Source: an uncultured delta proteobacterium
GTDB lineage: Bacteria > Myxococcota_A > Polyangia > Polyangiales > Polyangiaceae
Direction of reading: 5' to 3'
Assembly: GCA_963716725.1 (NCBI GenBank)
Contig: CAVQUB010000011.1
Coordinates: 256,001-320,000 of the forward strand
Length of the DNA stretch: 64,000 bases
In this document: piece after piece, positions 35,844 to 45,093 of the stretch
Layout: each line of letters starts with the position of its first letter
How positions within the stretch are numbered: the first letter of the stretch is position 1
The notes under the pieces: generated by a model
What the model saw: only the letters and a program-made list of their open reading frames with translations
What the model was told of the DNA's origin: nothing
Databases searched by the model: none
Position numbers and translations under genes: made by a program

Positions 35844-37208
35844 ATGATCTCGTGCCCGCGCTGCGGCATTTCCAATCAGCCCACGAGCAAGTTCTGCGCT
35901 TCCTGTGGCGCACCGCTGCCGGCCTCTGGAGTCGGCGCTCAGGCGGCCACCTTCCCCGGGCCAGGCGGAGCACGCCCGCCCGCTTCGCCGCCAGGATGGG
36001 GCTCGCCGCCAGGCGCACCGTCGCCAGCCGCGCCGCCACCAGCCTACGGAGCGCCCGGCGCACCGCCGGCCGGTCCAGGTGCGCCGCCGCCCGGTTGGGG
36101 CGCGCCACCACCGCAATACCCCGCACCCGGAGCTCCGCCGCCAGGCGCACCCGGCGCGTCGCCCTATGGACCACCGCCTGGTTCGCCGGGCTACGGACCA
36201 CCACCGGGATCACCCGGCTACGGACCACCGCAGGGCTCACCGGGCTACGGACCACCACCGGGATCACCAGGCTACGGACCAGCGCAAGGCTACGGACCGC
36301 CGCAGGGCGCGCCGGGTCAAGGGCCTCCACCGGGCCTTGGCGCACCCCCACCTCCGGGATGGGGCGCCCCGCCCGGCGCTCCCCCGCCGGCAGGGCCCTT
36401 CGGCGCGTTCTCACCCGCCGACGAGCGCCACCGAGTCGGCTCACCGGAGGGGCTGAACCCATTCGGCGCCACCATGGCGCCGGAGTTGGGCGGTGTTCCG
36501 CCGCCGGCGCAGCCGCCGCCTCCTCAGCCGCCGCTTGAAGCCGCGAAGCCGGCGCCGGGTTGGAACGATCCCGCCGCGTTTGCCGCCACGGCGCCACCGC
36601 CCACGGCCGACGAGCACGAAACCGCGAAGCGCGCCGCGCCCCCCGCGGCCCATCCAACTTCTGCGGCTCCGCCCGCACCGGCGGCTCCGCCCGCACCGGC
36701 GGTTCCGTCCGCATCGGCGGCTCCGTCCGCATCGGCGGCTCCGTCCGCATCGGCGGCTCCGCCCCCCGCGCCTTCGGCGCACCCGCCGGCAGAGCCTGAG
36801 CGCCCGAGTGCCCCTCCGCCAACGGGCGTCTCGCGGACGGCTGCGCAGGTCGCCGTCGACCCAATGGAGCTCGCCCCCGATGCACCACGCACGCTCGCGG
36901 GCTTCCTGGTCAGCTTCGAAGGCAACGACCGCGGTACGTTCTGGCCGCTATATCAAGGCAAGAACGTGGTCGGGCGCAAGGCCGCAATGGATGGCCTCGA
37001 CATCGAAATCGATCACCCGACGACGTCGTCGCGGCACGCCGTCATCCACGCCGCGGCCCGCCCCGGCGCCCTCAAGTTGGACGACCCGGGCAGCACCAAT
37101 GGGACCTACTTGAACGAAGAACGCGTGGCCAAGGGCACGCCGGTCGAGCTCCGTGACGGCGACGCGCTGCGTTTCGGCGGCTACGCAACGACGGTGAAGA
37201 TCGTTTGA
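35844..37208 (+). CDS. Zinc-ribbon / Pro-Gly-Tyr-rich / FHA domain protein
   Basis: RBS GGAGG; CPRC..FCASCG; YGPPPGSPG repeats; FHA motifs GR, SSRHA and STNGT. Confidence 0.9.
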   Translation: MISCPRCGISNQPTSKFCASCGAPLPASGVGAQAATFPGPGGARPPASPPGWGSPPGAPSPAAPPPAYGAPGAPPAGPGAPPPGWGAPPPQYPAPGAPPPGAPGASPYGPPPGSPGYGPPPGSPGYGPPQGSPGYGPPPGSPGYGPAQGYGPPQGAPGQGPPPGLGAPPPPGWGAPPGAPPPAGPFGAFSPADERHRVGSPEGLNPFGATMAPELGGVPPPAQPPPPQPPLEAAKPAPGWNDPAAFAATAPPPTADEHETAKRAAPPAAHPTSAAPPAPAAPPAPAVPSASAAPSASAAPSASAAPPPAPSAHPPAEPERPSAPPPTGVSRTAAQVAVDPMELAPDAPRTLAGFLVSFEGNDRGTFWPLYQGKNVVGRKAAMDGLDIEIDHPTTSSRHAVIHAAARPGALKLDDPGSTNGTYLNEERVAKGTPVELRDGDALRFGGYATTVKIV

Positions 37209-37246
37209 GCGCGCTCTGGGCGCCTGCGCAATCGAGATCGAGGGAC

Positions 37247-39601
37247 ATGAAAGTTTCGAAACTGAAACTCGCGCAACACTCGCCGAGCCGTCGCGCTCTG
37301 GCGTGGGTCGTTACCGCTCTGGTTGGGGTGCTCGCGCTCGCGAGTTCGACAGCCCACGCGGCACCCGAGGCCCACATCCTCCGGATCGATCCCCGCACCG
37401 GGCAAGAGAACGGCGCGCCGGTCCTGACCACCGTCATCGAGCTGGTGCAGACCAAGCGCATCAGCGACGCAACGGTCAACTGCACTGACGACCGCGGCAG
37501 CAGCTACTACCGCTGTTTGAGCGACTCACTCGAGAAGCCGCTGGCGCTGTACCAGCCCTTCGGCGCAGCAGGCGCGAACTTCCCCCACGAGAACGCCCTG
37601 TTCACGGTCAAAGTGGAAGGCAGCGACCAACCCGCGAAGTACGTCAGCCACACCAAGTGGGGCGCCAGCCTCGCCCAGCCCGGCGTGGGCACCGCCTGGC
37701 TCATCATGGTGGACGCCGACGCGCGGATCAAAGACGGCTTCGGCGACGCCAAGCAGGTCGCCAGTGCCTTCATCGGCAGCATGAGCGGGAGCGACATCGT
37801 CAACGTGATGTTCTTCAACGACCGCCAGGTCGTGCGAGACAGCAAGTGGATGAGCGCTGCCAAGAAGGGGCAAGCGCAGCAGTTCGTGAACTCGGTTACG
37901 GGCACCTGGGCCTCGCAGGGCCGCAACCGTTCGCTCGGGACCATCATCAAAGAGGCAGCCACCGACGGCTTCAAGTCCCTCGGCAACGTCGGCGAAGGCG
38001 TGAACGTCCCGCTGCATCAAGCCATGGTCGTCATCTCGACCGGCTACGGCGGCGCCGACGCGCTCACCACCGGCCCCGGCGGCATGCAGATCGCCAAGTA
38101 CATGACTGGGGGGCGCTTCCCTGAAGAGAACACCGCGCTGCCGAAGGCGCCGGTGCCCGTCATCAGCATCTTCTTCCCGCCCAAGGTGTACGACGAGTAT
38201 CGCCAGAACTCCCTCGAGTTCATGCGCGGCATGGCCAATACCGAGATCGGTGGGTTCTTCACCGTCGTTCAGAGCGGTGAAGGCGCACGCGGGAACGCGA
38301 TCGTGAGCACGGTGCGCCAGCGCTTCTCGAACATGCACATCGTCAAGTGGCGGGTATCGTGCATCGAGGCCGGCGTGACCCAGACCTTCGGTCTGGTCTT
38401 CAAAGAAGTGAACCCGCCCATCCTCGGCGACAACACCTTCAAGGACGTGCCGGTGGGCATCGACCCCACCACCTGGCCCATCGACGTGGACACTCAGTAC
38501 ACGCAGGACATGGCCAAGCGGCAGGGCGGCGTCTATCCGAACGGCACCTTCAAGGTCTACGGGAACTTCTGCTGGGGCGGCGAAAAAGGGCGGGCGGAGG
38601 TCTATTTTCTCCCCGCCGGCCAGCAGGCCCCCGCGGCGCTCTCCGGCGCAGACGTCGACAAGGCCAAGCGCACGCAGCAACAGCTGATCGCGATGGGAAT
38701 GAAGGGACGCGCCGTCGAGGTCAGCGACACCTACGCGGAGTTCGAGGCGCCAGAGAAAGAGAAGATCCTGCACGGCTCCGGCGAGCAGGCCGTCGTGAGG
38801 TTGGTCCTCTACGACAACAAGGCGCGCCGCACCAGCGGCGTGACTGCAGACAGCATCGTGCAGCTGAAGGGCACCACGCAGCCGTTTCCGATCCTCTGGG
38901 TGCTCGGCGGACTGTTCGGCGTGGTCATCCTGCTGCTGCTGATCGTGGTCATCGTGCGAGGTGGCGGGAAGAAAGGCGGAGCGGCGCCGCCGCCCGCGCC
39001 CATGCCGCCCTACGGTGGCGGCTATGGCGGAGCACCGAGCCCCTACGGAGCCGCGCCCGCGCCGAGCCCCTACGGAGCCGCGCCGAGCCCCTACGGAGCC
39101 GCGCCCGCGCCGAGCCCCTACGGAGCCGCGCCCGCGCCGAGCCCCTACGGAGCCGCGCCCGCACCCAACCCCTACGCGGCGCCACCTGCGCCGGCGCCCG
39201 CAGCGCCGAGCCCCGAGTTCATGTACGGCAACCAACCGGCACCGGCGGCAGCGCCCTTGCCCGCGGCGGCAGCGCCGCCCAACCCCTACGGTGGATCTCC
39301 CGCGGCGGTCTCTCGCGCCACCCTGCAAGGGGCCGCGGGCGTGTTCACAGTGGTGCCCGGCGTCGAGATGCGCGCGGGGCGCGACGGAGCCCAGTGCGGC
39401 ATCTTGCTGACCGAACCGCGGGTCTCCGGCGTGCACGCGACCGTGCGACTCGACGGCGCACAGCTGCTGATTCGCGATGAGACCAGCAACAACGGGACCC
39501 ACGTCAATGGCACGCGACTGACCGGAGGCGTGTGGTCGCCAGCGCCAAATGGCTCACTGGTCCGCTTCGGCCCAGTCGAGTTCACGGTTCGTCTGGAGTA
39601 A
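37247..39601 (+). CDS. Membrane protein: exported vWA-like domain, TM helix, Pro-rich linker, cytoplasmic FHA
   Basis: Signal peptide; WLIMVDADAR...VNVMFF...AMVVISTG vWA topology; TM at about 38890-38955; APSPYGA repeats; FHA GR, SGVHA and NNGT. Confidence 0.8.
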   Translation: MKVSKLKLAQHSPSRRALAWVVTALVGVLALASSTAHAAPEAHILRIDPRTGQENGAPVLTTVIELVQTKRISDATVNCTDDRGSSYYRCLSDSLEKPLALYQPFGAAGANFPHENALFTVKVEGSDQPAKYVSHTKWGASLAQPGVGTAWLIMVDADARIKDGFGDAKQVASAFIGSMSGSDIVNVMFFNDRQVVRDSKWMSAAKKGQAQQFVNSVTGTWASQGRNRSLGTIIKEAATDGFKSLGNVGEGVNVPLHQAMVVISTGYGGADALTTGPGGMQIAKYMTGGRFPEENTALPKAPVPVISIFFPPKVYDEYRQNSLEFMRGMANTEIGGFFTVVQSGEGARGNAIVSTVRQRFSNMHIVKWRVSCIEAGVTQTFGLVFKEVNPPILGDNTFKDVPVGIDPTTWPIDVDTQYTQDMAKRQGGVYPNGTFKVYGNFCWGGEKGRAEVYFLPAGQQAPAALSGADVDKAKRTQQQLIAMGMKGRAVEVSDTYAEFEAPEKEKILHGSGEQAVVRLVLYDNKARRTSGVTADSIVQLKGTTQPFPILWVLGGLFGVVILLLLIVVIVRGGGKKGGAAPPPAPMPPYGGGYGGAPSPYGAAPAPSPYGAAPSPYGAAPAPSPYGAAPAPSPYGAAPAPNPYAAPPAPAPAAPSPEFMYGNQPAPAAAPLPAAAAPPNPYGGSPAAVSRATLQGAAGVFTVVPGVEMRAGRDGAQCGILLTEPRVSGVHATVRLDGAQLLIRDETSNNGTHVNGTRLTGGVWSPAPNGSLVRFGPVEFTVRLE

Positions 39602-39605
39602 CGAG

Positions 39606-40865
39606 GTGCTCGGCTCCGCACACGGCTTGGTCGTCGACTTCGCCGAGCTGAGCGACCCCGGTCGCGATCCGTCGAAGCAGGTCAACGAAGACGCTTCGGG
39701 GTACGCGGAAACCCCCATCGGCCACCTGGCGGTCGTCTGCGACGGCATGGGCGGTCACGAGTCCGGACGCGAGGCGAGCCAGACAGCGGTGCGCTGCATC
39801 ATCGACGCGGCGCGCGCCCAAGCGGCCGACGTCTTACCGGGCCTGGTGCTGAAACAGGCCCTCGAGCGGGCCGGGCGCGCGGTCTACGCCCTCGGGGAAA
39901 GCGCCGCGACGGCCCATCGCCCGGGCTCCACCTGTGTCGCGCTCCTGCTGCACCCCGGCGGCGCTGAAGTGGCCCATGCGGGCGACTCGCGTGCCTACCT
40001 GCTGCGCGCTGGCCAAATCGAGCGCCTGACGCGCGACCACTCGATGGTGCAGGAGCTGGTGGACTCCGGCAGGCTCGCGCCCGAGCACGCGCACGCGCAT
40101 CCCGACGCCAACCAGATCACCCGTGCCTTGGGCATCGATCCAGAGGTGGCCGTCGAGGTGCGACCGGAACCATTGGCGCTGACCCCCGGTGACGTACTCG
40201 TGCTCGCGACGGACGGACTCACGGATCTGGTCGCGGATGCGGAGATCGCCGACATCGTGAGGCGGCGCCTTCAAAACGGAACCGCGGTGGTCTGCCAAGA
40301 CCTCGTCGCACTGGCCAACTCGCGCGGCGGACACGACAACATTACCGCGCTGGTGCTCTCGGTGCTCGAGCTGCCCCAGGTGACCTCTGCGCGGAGCACG
40401 GTGATCGACCGACCGAGTGGGACGCTACTGACCCAACCCCAAGGCACGGTGCTCGACTCCGACGGCGCGCCGGCACCGACCTTGTTCGACGACGGCAGTC
40501 CGCGACCCACCTTGCCCGGCCTCACGCAACTCGACGACGGCGCGCGTCGGACCGAGCCGGGACTATCGACCCAGACGCCCAGCTTTCCGCACGGCGATCG
40601 TGATGACTCTGCGCACCCCCTGGCGCGCCCGGTGAGCTCGTCGCGACTCTTGTTTTGGCTCGCGATCGTGCTCGTGGGCAGCGCGCTCGCGGCGGTCGCA
40701 GCCTGGGCGCTCCGCCAGTCGAGGCATCGAGGCCGCGACCTACAAGAAGAGATGGTGCCCCCTCCTGCCGTCAAAGCCCCGGTCGAGCGCGAAGCGGCGG
40801 CGCCCCCCGAGGACGCAGAAAACCCCGCGAACACCGAGCCCAACGACGTCGACGCGGGCTCGTGA
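39606..40865 (+). CDS. PP2C/PPM-family Ser/Thr phosphatase with C-terminal TM helix
   Basis: NED, VCDGMGG, GST, HAGDSR, TRDHS, ATDGL and GGHDN motifs. Confidence 0.93.
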   Translation: MLGSAHGLVVDFAELSDPGRDPSKQVNEDASGYAETPIGHLAVVCDGMGGHESGREASQTAVRCIIDAARAQAADVLPGLVLKQALERAGRAVYALGESAATAHRPGSTCVALLLHPGGAEVAHAGDSRAYLLRAGQIERLTRDHSMVQELVDSGRLAPEHAHAHPDANQITRALGIDPEVAVEVRPEPLALTPGDVLVLATDGLTDLVADAEIADIVRRRLQNGTAVVCQDLVALANSRGGHDNITALVLSVLELPQVTSARSTVIDRPSGTLLTQPQGTVLDSDGAPAPTLFDDGSPRPTLPGLTQLDDGARRTEPGLSTQTPSFPHGDRDDSAHPLARPVSSSRLLFWLAIVLVGSALAAVAAWALRQSRHRGRDLQEEMVPPPAVKAPVEREAAAPPEDAENPANTEPNDVDAGS

Positions 40866-40919
40866 TTGAGAAGCCAGGTCGGCTTTGTTAGAGCTTCTTC
40901 TCGATTCAAGGCAGGCGCA

Positions 40920-43856
40920 ATGATCCCCGGGTTCGGCAAGCAGAGCATCACCATCGGTAGCGGCCCGCATTGCGAGATCCACGTCGGCGGCCCCGGCGTC
41001 GCCGCCGAACACGCGCGAGTCGTGCACCAGGGCGGCGGGCAACTGGTCTTCGTCGACGGCGGCACCGGGCAGACCTTTGCCAACGGCCAGCCCATCGCGC
41101 CCGGCTCGACGCAGCCCTTCGACTTCCGCACCCAGTTCATGGTCGGCCAGACACCAGTGCCCAACGCGCACCCGGCGCTGGCCCTGATGTTGATGCAGCA
41201 GGGCGCTCTTCCCGCGACGCCCGGTCAGATCGTATTCGGAAGAGAGCCCGCACGCGCCCACGTGGTGATCCAGCACTCGAGTGTGTCCGGGCAACACGCG
41301 ACGGTTTCGCTCAGCCCGCTCTCCATCACCGACCACGGCTCGACCAGCGGCACTTGGATCGCGGGCAATCGCCTGGCCGCCAATCAAGCCACCGCCCTGG
41401 ACCAGAACGCGCTGGTGGCCATCGGTCCGGTGCCGCTCCCGGTACCGCTGGCGCTTCAGCTCGCCCACGCGCTCGGCGGAGGTGCCGCCGCCGCGTCGCC
41501 GCAAGCCGCGGCGCCTGCCGGAGGGCAAGGCGTCGCTCGCCCGAAGCACAAGACGGTGATCGGCCAAGTGGCCATCGGCGGTCCCGGCCAGCCGACGTTC
41601 AAGAGCATCGGTCGAACTCCCGACAACGACATCGTGCTGCCGCACCCGCAGGTCTCCAGCAAGCACGCCTTCCTGCACAAGATCGGGCCGCAACTCTTCC
41701 TCGAAGACCGCGGCGCCGGCAACGGCACCTACGTGCGCGGCCAGCGCATCCCGCCTGGGCAGAAGGTGCCGGTCCAGAACGGCGAAAAGGTCTTCATCGG
41801 ACCGATGCCGCTGCTGATCCAGGTCGACGCGGAAGAGGTCGCCGTCATCGTCGAAGACGTCGCGCAGTGGGCGGGTCGCCCGCTGTACGAGATCGAGGCC
41901 TGGGATCTGGTGATGCAGGTCAACGACCGGGACAACCCCGGCCAGATGAAGACCCTGCTCGATCACATCAGCTTCAAGGCGATGCCGGGCGATCTGATCG
42001 CCCTGATGGGGCCCTCCGGCGCCGGCAAGACCACCCTGCTGCTCGCGCTGAACGGCTACTTGCCGCCCACCGGCGGGCAGGTGCGGATCAACGGCGAGGA
42101 TCTGTACGCCATCTACGACGCCCTGCGCGGCAGCATCGGCTACGTCCCGCAGGACGACATCGTCCACCCCGAGCTGACGGTCTACGAGGCGGTGCGCTAC
42201 TCCGCCAAGTTCCGCCTGCCCTCGGACTACAGCGAAGAAGAGATCAACCGCCGCGTACAAACCACGCTCGCCCAGCTCGGGCTCGAATCTGTCTCGCACC
42301 TTCAGATTGGCAAGCCCGAAAAGAAGATCCTCTCGGGCGGACAGCGCAAGCGCGTCAACATCGCCATGGAGCTGGTGACCGATCCGGTCATCATGTTCTT
42401 GGACGAACCCACCTCGGGTCTGGCCGCCGACGACACCACCGCGCTGGTCGAGTTGCTCGCCGGCCTCGCGCGCACCACCGGCAAGACGATCATCTGCACC
42501 ATTCACCAGCCCGCGAAGGACGAGTACGAGAAGTTCAACCTCGCGCTGGTGCTGGGCCACGGCGGCATGCCCATTTATTACGGCCCCACCAAGGACGGCT
42601 ACAAGTTCTTCGGCAGCTTCCTGGAGCGCATCGGCAAGACGAACACGGTCGACAACCCGCGCGACATGTTCGACATGCTCAACCAGCGCGAGCGCCCGGT
42701 CTGGGACGCTTTGCGCGCGCAGAATCCCCATACGACTCGCTACGCCGCGCGGCAGGCCGCTGCCCGGGAGTGGAACGCGGAGTTCTTCAACCCGCACAAC
42801 CCCATCTTCCAGAAGATGTTCAGCGGCGTGCGTGCGGTCGGCGCCGGCAGCCACCAGCCCGGCGTGCAACGCGGCCGGGGGCGCACCGGCGGGCAGTTTT
42901 TCCTGCTCTTCTCCCGCTACTTCAAGACCAAGGCGCGCGACGTCAGCGGCACCGTGATCATGCTGGCGCAAGCGCCGATCATCGGCATCTTGCTGGCCCT
43001 GGTCTTCGGCGGGCAGAAAGAGGCCATCCCCTACTGGTGTCTCGGCGCGCTGCAAGAACTCGGGCGACGTTCCGGCGGGCTCGGCGCCGGCTCGAACGAG
43101 CTGCTCTCCGGCATGCAGGTGACGACGGACCACTCAGGCGCCGCCTTCTTCTGTGTGGTCGCGGCCGTCTGGTTCGGCACCAGCAACGCCGCCCGCGAGA
43201 TCGTCGCCGAGCGCGCCATCTACATGCGCGAGCGCATGGTGAACCTCAAGCTCTTCAACTACGTGTTCAGCAAGTTCCTGCTGCTCACCTTCATCTGCAT
43301 CATCCAGTGCACCGTGCTCTTGGGCATCGTGTTCTTCGCCCTGGGCTTCCACGGGGGGCCCGTCGCGTTCGCCATCGAGCTCGGCACGCTGATCGTCACC
43401 TCGATGAACAGCGTGGCCATCGGCCTGCTCCTGAGCACCATCGTGACGAGCAGCGAAGCCGCGATGGCGCTGACGCCCATCGCCCTCATCCCCCAGGTGG
43501 TGCTGGGCGGCATCATGGTCCCGATGACCACGAACTCGCTGCTCGAGTGGCCGATGTACCTGGTCCCGGCTCGCTGGGGCTTTCAGGGCGTCGTGGCTCA
43601 AGAGCGCATCGCCATTGCTGCGGATGCGGCCTGGGTCATGGACTTGAAACGGCCCGACACCAACAGCATCGACAACTTCGTCAGCCAAGGGAAGTTCCGC
43701 TGCGCCGAGGCCCAGATCGCCAGCATGGACTTCAACGGCGCCTGGGGCTTCAAGGACTACGAGCTGTTCTGGCTGCCGCCCGCGGTGCTCTCCGCGATGA
43801 TGTTCGCCATCTTGATTTGGATCCTGATCGCGCTCAAGCGGCGCGACTCGATCTGA
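40920..43856 (+). CDS. ABC transporter with three N-terminal FHA domains (Rv1747-like NBD-ABC2 fusion)
   Basis: Three FHA-like repeats; GPSGAGKT; LSGGQRKR; FLDEPTSGL; TIHQP; C-terminal TM helices. Confidence 0.93.
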   Translation: MIPGFGKQSITIGSGPHCEIHVGGPGVAAEHARVVHQGGGQLVFVDGGTGQTFANGQPIAPGSTQPFDFRTQFMVGQTPVPNAHPALALMLMQQGALPATPGQIVFGREPARAHVVIQHSSVSGQHATVSLSPLSITDHGSTSGTWIAGNRLAANQATALDQNALVAIGPVPLPVPLALQLAHALGGGAAAASPQAAAPAGGQGVARPKHKTVIGQVAIGGPGQPTFKSIGRTPDNDIVLPHPQVSSKHAFLHKIGPQLFLEDRGAGNGTYVRGQRIPPGQKVPVQNGEKVFIGPMPLLIQVDAEEVAVIVEDVAQWAGRPLYEIEAWDLVMQVNDRDNPGQMKTLLDHISFKAMPGDLIALMGPSGAGKTTLLLALNGYLPPTGGQVRINGEDLYAIYDALRGSIGYVPQDDIVHPELTVYEAVRYSAKFRLPSDYSEEEINRRVQTTLAQLGLESVSHLQIGKPEKKILSGGQRKRVNIAMELVTDPVIMFLDEPTSGLAADDTTALVELLAGLARTTGKTIICTIHQPAKDEYEKFNLALVLGHGGMPIYYGPTKDGYKFFGSFLERIGKTNTVDNPRDMFDMLNQRERPVWDALRAQNPHTTRYAARQAAAREWNAEFFNPHNPIFQKMFSGVRAVGAGSHQPGVQRGRGRTGGQFFLLFSRYFKTKARDVSGTVIMLAQAPIIGILLALVFGGQKEAIPYWCLGALQELGRRSGGLGAGSNELLSGMQVTTDHSGAAFFCVVAAVWFGTSNAAREIVAERAIYMRERMVNLKLFNYVFSKFLLLTFICIIQCTVLLGIVFFALGFHGGPVAFAIELGTLIVTSMNSVAIGLLLSTIVTSSEAAMALTPIALIPQVVLGGIMVPMTTNSLLEWPMYLVPARWGFQGVVAQERIAIAADAAWVMDLKRPDTNSIDNFVSQGKFRCAEAQIASMDFNGAWGFKDYELFWLPPAVLSAMMFAILIWILIALKRRDSI

Positions 43857-43860
43857 TGCG

Positions 43861-45090
43861 CTAGCGAACCACGACCTTCACGCCGTCGGCGATGCGATCG
43901 CTGGGGTGCAGGACCACGCGTGCTCCGGGCTCGAGACCCTCGGTCACCTCGACGCGGCGCTGGGTTCGAAGGCCAATCTGCACGAGCACGAGCCGCGCCA
44001 GCGGACCGTCCACGCGGAAAACCGCCCACCCCGAGTCGCGCCGGAAGACGGCGCTCGCCGGGACCTGTAGGGCGTCCGCCTTCTCGTGCGTCACGATCTC
44101 CGCCTTCACCCGGTAGCCGTCGCCCAAGTTCGCCCACGCCTGCGACGGGCCCTTGGGGTCCAGCACCACGTTGACCCGTTGTTCCTCCACTCCTAGGGCC
44201 GAGAGCCGCGTGAAGGCCGAGGGCTCGATGATGCGCACGCTGGCGGCCAGCGCGCTCCCTCCCCACTCGGTGATGCGCGCCTCGGAGCCCGGTCGCACGT
44301 GAACCGCGTCGCTGGTCAGCACGTCCACCACGATCTCGAGCGCCGCGGGATCACCGACCTCCACCAGTGGTGTGCCCGCCTGAACCACGCCTTCGCTCTT
44401 GTGCAGCACCTTGAGCACGCGGCCGGCGACGGGCGACACCACCAGGAGCTGCTCTTCGGAGCCCGGCTTCACCTTGCGGCCGAGGCGCCCTAGGGCGGCG
44501 CGGGCCACCTCCACTTCGTAGTCGGCGACCTTGGCTCCGAACTTGGAGGACTCGAAATCCGCGTTCGCGGTCCGCTCCGCGAGCACCGCGCGGTCGACGC
44601 TCTCGCGGGCGGCGATCCCCTTGTCGGCCAGCTCGCGCTGGCGCTCGATGTCCTTCTTCACGAAGTCTTGGTTGGCCTTTGCGCGCTGGACCTGAGAGGT
44701 GGACTGCCGCTGCGCCGCCAGCGCCGCCGCCACGCGCGCCTCGGCGCTCTTCTTGCTGCGCTCGTCGAGCAGCGGGGGAGCGAGAGGAACCAGCCGCGCC
44801 ACGAGCTCGCCCTGCTTGACGGTATCGCCGGGATCGAGCTCGAGCCGGGCCAGGCTCCCATTCAGGGGCGCGGAGACCATGTAGCGGTCCTTCACCCGCG
44901 TCGTGCCGTCTTCATCCACGCTGACGCTGAGCGCGCCCGTCTCCGCCACCGCGACGTCCACCGCCACGGGCTTGGGCATCAGAGCCAAGACCATCATGAC
45001 CACCAGCGTGCCCACCATGGCGAGGGCGAGGCCCCGCTTGACCCAACGTGCAATGCTGCGGCGCCGTTTCTTCGATTCTCGGTCGTTCAT
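43861..45090 (-). CDS. Efflux periplasmic adaptor (HlyD/MacA-like)
   Basis: N-terminal TM; lipoyl motifs SAPLNG and SPVAGRV; coiled-coil hairpin; GLEPG..V. Confidence 0.92.
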   Translation of the reverse strand: MNDRESKKRRRSIARWVKRGLALAMVGTLVVMMVLALMPKPVAVDVAVAETGALSVSVDEDGTTRVKDRYMVSAPLNGSLARLELDPGDTVKQGELVARLVPLAPPLLDERSKKSAEARVAAALAAQRQSTSQVQRAKANQDFVKKDIERQRELADKGIAARESVDRAVLAERTANADFESSKFGAKVADYEVEVARAALGRLGRKVKPGSEEQLLVVSPVAGRVLKVLHKSEGVVQAGTPLVEVGDPAALEIVVDVLTSDAVHVRPGSEARITEWGGSALAASVRIIEPSAFTRLSALGVEEQRVNVVLDPKGPSQAWANLGDGYRVKAEIVTHEKADALQVPASAVFRRDSGWAVFRVDGPLARLVLVQIGLRTQRRVEVTEGLEPGARVVLHPSDRIADGVKVVVR

Positions 45091-45093
45091 CGA

